A stretch of DNA of 64,000 nt. Origin: Tricharina praecox (taxonomy: Eukaryota). The stretch lies in NCBI RefSeq assembly GCF_024521635.1, contig NW_026250408.1, positions 248,001 through 312,000 of the forward strand. Reading direction: 5' to 3'. This document shows positions 61,061 to 64,000 of this stretch, one piece after another. The number at the start of each line of letters is the position of its first letter. The stretch's first letter is position 1. The notes beneath the pieces are model-generated. The model did not search any database. It saw only the letters and a list, made by a program, of their open reading frames with translations, and was not told the origin of the DNA. A program made the position numbers and the translations under genes.

Positions 61061-61374
61061 GCCTGATACTACTGTAGGATATCATAGGAGGAGCACGATG
61101 GGTATCTGCTGTAGGCAGAGGTCCAGAGACTATCAGAGAACGACAGCGGCAACGGGTAACGTAGCAACGATGCTTGCCAGCTGTGTGACGACGAATTCGG
61201 AATAGCCCGCTGGCCTCGCTGTGGACCTAGTACTGGCTCCACCGTGGATATATCATATGGCGTTCTCGTTGCAGTGAATACTGTGTGACGGAGTGATGGA
61301 GGAGCTATCGGCGAGAGGACTCAGTGATGGAGAAGGTGTTGGTGTGAGGAGGATTCAGTGATGGAGGAGCTGAC

Positions 61375-61828
61375 GGCGGGAGGAAACGAATGTTGTTAGT
61401 AGGGAGCATCAACGTTGACGGGTCCAGCGAAGTCGTCAGCTCCTTAATCGTCTGCTCCTGAACAATCTGCTCCTTAATTGGCTGCTTCTTAATTGGCTGC
61501 TTCTTAGTCATCTGCTCCATCTTCTTTTTCTCTCTCTCTCATCTACCGAATAGACGGTCAACTTCCATATATTATCTTTCTCTGTGTGCGCACTGTGCTC
61601 TCCTCTTGATTCCATCCTGCCTGGAGGGTTGTTACCAAAAAAACCCGTCCGCAAAACCGTTGCTGTCTGGGCTGAGTCTTGTGGACGTTGTTACCTATGC
61701 ATTTTCCACACGGGCGAATACCTTTGATATCACTCGTTCGTGGTTGAATACCGTTGACATCACTCGTCCGTGCACGAATACCTTTGATATCACTCGTTTG
61801 TGCACTATTCGAATTGCACGTATATTTC
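61375..61828. repeat. Direct repeat copy 1 (~450 bp), with three 30-bp subrepeats (61716-61805) and 15-bp subrepeats
   Basis: Aligns to 63377-63807; the core TCTGTGTGCGCACTGTG...GGCTGAGTCT is identical over ~95 bp. Confidence 0.9.
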
Positions 61829-62326
61829 ACTGCAGGAGGCACATTTCACTGGTTGAATTGTGTTCGGCTTTGTGCGTTAGACAAACCTGGGCTGTGTCGT
61901 CGTTTGAGAGCCTCGCAATCGAATACTACCGGTACACCGCGATGGGGGTAGTCGATTGCCGCCGCTGATGTGCTGCCTTCGCTGCTGCTCAAAGGTCGAT
62001 TGCGCAAGTTTGTTTGAACGATTCTCCACTGAAAACCAGCAGGTGCTGGTGTCGATTGCGTTTCTACGTAAACACACGCAAACTCCCCCCCACACCATCG
62101 CTACTTGCCCGCCCGATTAGTCGGGCGTCAAGTATAAGTAGTCCTGTTCTCCCCCCACTCTCTTCCTCTTTTCGTTTCCACGCACACGAGAAGATCTAGA
62201 TACAAGCGAAGAATAGTAAGTTATCACCTCCTGAATCCTTCCCTATCCCCAACTGAATCACTCCTTAATCGTCCACGTTTCACGTGCCTGCAACCTCCGC
62301 TAATTCCTGAAGAATCTGCAAGAAAA

Positions 62327-63022
62327 ATGGGTCGGGCGAAACACCCAACTGTGAAGCCCAGGTACGGACTGAGGGACCGTAAAAAGCTCAAGGCGCCCGA
62401 GAGGGTATGTTCCCTTTCTGCCCCCCCCCTCCCCCCCCAATCGAACATCTTGCTAACTTACTTCCACAGTTGCAACAGGAGGCTCTCAAGCCGAGAAGGA
62501 GGTACCCCCGCCGTAAGGTAAGTGATATTTTTGCACGACTGTAGATTACGGGTGCAAAACTGACGGTGTGTGTGTGTGTGTGCAGAAGACCATTGCTCGC
62601 CCTGCCGCTCCCTCTGTGACGACCTCCCGTCCCCCCACCAAGACCAAGGTGAGTCCCGCATCACTTCCGCCATGACTCCCGCAGATGCTGATGCGAGTCC
62701 CGCGTAGTCGGATGCGAGTTCCGCTGTGACTACTCCGACTGCGACTGATCTCAGTCCAGCCGTGACTTCCGCAAACTCTCCGCGCTCTGTCAAGACCTCA
62801 TCGGAATCAGCTGAGAACTCATCGAGCTCAAGCACGGCGTCTCCAAGCCCCGCCACCGCTCCAAGAAGTGTATTCAGCTCCCCCGCTTTCGCGGTCGTCA
62901 TATGGGTGAGTGGCCCATGATTCCGCGATACTCGTTTTCCTTCTCTGCTCCTAGCTGACCAAACCTAGAAAAGGCCTACGGTCGGTGGATTGAGGCTGCC
63001 TGGAAGTAGATGTCAAAAATGA
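62327..63022 (+). CDS. 146-aa small basic/Ser-Thr-rich orphan protein (LRDR-LKAP family, paralog B); exons 62327-62404, 62470-62517, 62586-62648, 62708-62905, 62969-63022
   Basis: Four phase-0 introns with GTATGT, GTAAGT, GTGAGT and GTGAGT donors and CTAAC/CTGAC/CTGAT branch sites. Product MGRAKHPTVKPRYGLRDRKKLKAPER|LQQEALKPRRRYPRRK|KTIARPAAPSV...; exons sum to 441 nt with no internal stop. Confidence 0.7.
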
Positions 63023-63376
63023 GTGGGAATCGGGATACAGGTGGAAACTCGTTATGCCTTTCTCATTACAAGTTCCTTCCATAGATAAAATTCCTGCCAG
63101 CTATGTCTTGTCTATAAAACCAATATGTATTCGCGTACCCAATGCCCATGAAATTACATCCCCACCCCATACCTTCCCTTCCCCATCCCTTCCCCGCCTC
63201 CTCCCCGCACTACATTATTCATATTTATAACACAGAATCCCCCCTAGCCCGCCCCCCGTGGTCGATGTTCGCGTGGTAGACGAAGAGGATCGGGCCGCTG
63301 GGGACGCCCATTGATCCAGCATCTAGTTGCCGGGTGTTAGTGCGTGGAGGGAGGGAGGGGGGGGGGGGGGGGCGGA

Positions 63377-63807
63377 GGCGGGAGGAAACGAATGTGGTTA
63401 ATAGGGAGCATCAAGGTCGACGAGTCCAGCGAAGTCGTCAGCTCCTTAATGGTCAGCTTCTTAGCCGTCTGCTCCGTCTTCTTCTCTCTCTCTCATCATC
63501 TGCCGAATATAACCTAGACGACCAACATCCATATCTTGTCTTTCTTCTGTGTGCGCACTGTGCTCTCCTCTTGATTCCATCCTGCCTGGAGGGTTGTTAC
63601 CAAAAAAACCCGTCCGCAAAACCGTTGCTGTCTGGGCTGAGTCTCGTTGACGTTGTTACCTATGCATTTTCCATCCGGACGAATACAGTTGATATCACTC
63701 GTTCGTGGACGACTACTTTGGAGATCACTCGTTCGTGGAGGAATACCTTTGATATCACTCGTTCGTGCACTATTCCCGACGCAGAAAGAATTGAACGTAT
63801 ATCCCAC
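63377..63807. repeat. Direct repeat copy 2 (~430 bp), with three 30-bp subrepeats (63681-63770)
   Basis: Aligns to 61375-61828. Confidence 0.9.
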
Positions 63808-64000
63808 TAGACGAAGGTGTAGAGGATCGTTCAACTAGCTCCGATTAAGAGCTCGGGTCTTGCCATTACACGTGAATCTCGTGGTATGCATCTGCTGCAC
63901 TGTCAAATACCGGTATATGTGGTCGTAGATGAGCCGGCAATATGCAAACCGGCTGCGTAGCTTGCGGATCAAACAGTGCAGCTTGAGCTGAAAATTTGCA

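Noticed and set aside
61375..63807. Direct repeats as LTRs of a retrotransposon
   Set aside because: No TG...CA termini, PBS, PPT-bounded end or TSD was found, and the interior holds an intron-rich gene rather than gag/pol.

Overview
Eukaryotic genomic DNA from a filamentous ascomycete fungus, with short GT-AG introns carrying CTRAC/CTAAT branch sites. Pezizomycetes is a guess from style, not established. Most ORFs in the supplied track are spurious; the real genes have to be assembled across introns. Firm calls are SUR2 sphinganine C4-hydroxylase (minus, 3 exons), the divergently transcribed TCTP/TMA19 (plus, 4 exons), an intronless tRNA-Trp(CCA), a proline-rich Aim3/Bbc1-like protein with a CHAP/papain-like C-terminal domain, a small secreted 4-Cys protein, a ~395-bp PIF/Harbinger (Tourist-like) MITE and a frameshifted 6-phosphofructokinase fragment. 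The rest is gene-poor and rich in microsatellites, decayed genes (including an ankyrin pseudogene) and orphan genes. The most notable candidates for undescribed biology are: (1) a pair of small basic paralogs sharing an LRDRxxLKAPxR|L motif, identical intron positions and a conserved 5'-UTR splice donor; (2) a ~450-bp direct repeat bracketing one of them, with 30-nt and 15-nt subrepeats and an ambiguous two-frame coding signature that includes conserved in-frame stops; (3) a dispersed set of orphan proteins ending in a shared 'F-x-x-DP...[IL]x[DE]F[EN]xx[FI]' motif; (4) a 104-aa His-rich/TM/CxxCxxCxxC/KKxx microprotein; and (5) an A31-C39 mismatch in the tRNA-Trp anticodon stem. No database searches were run; family assignments come from recognising motifs.
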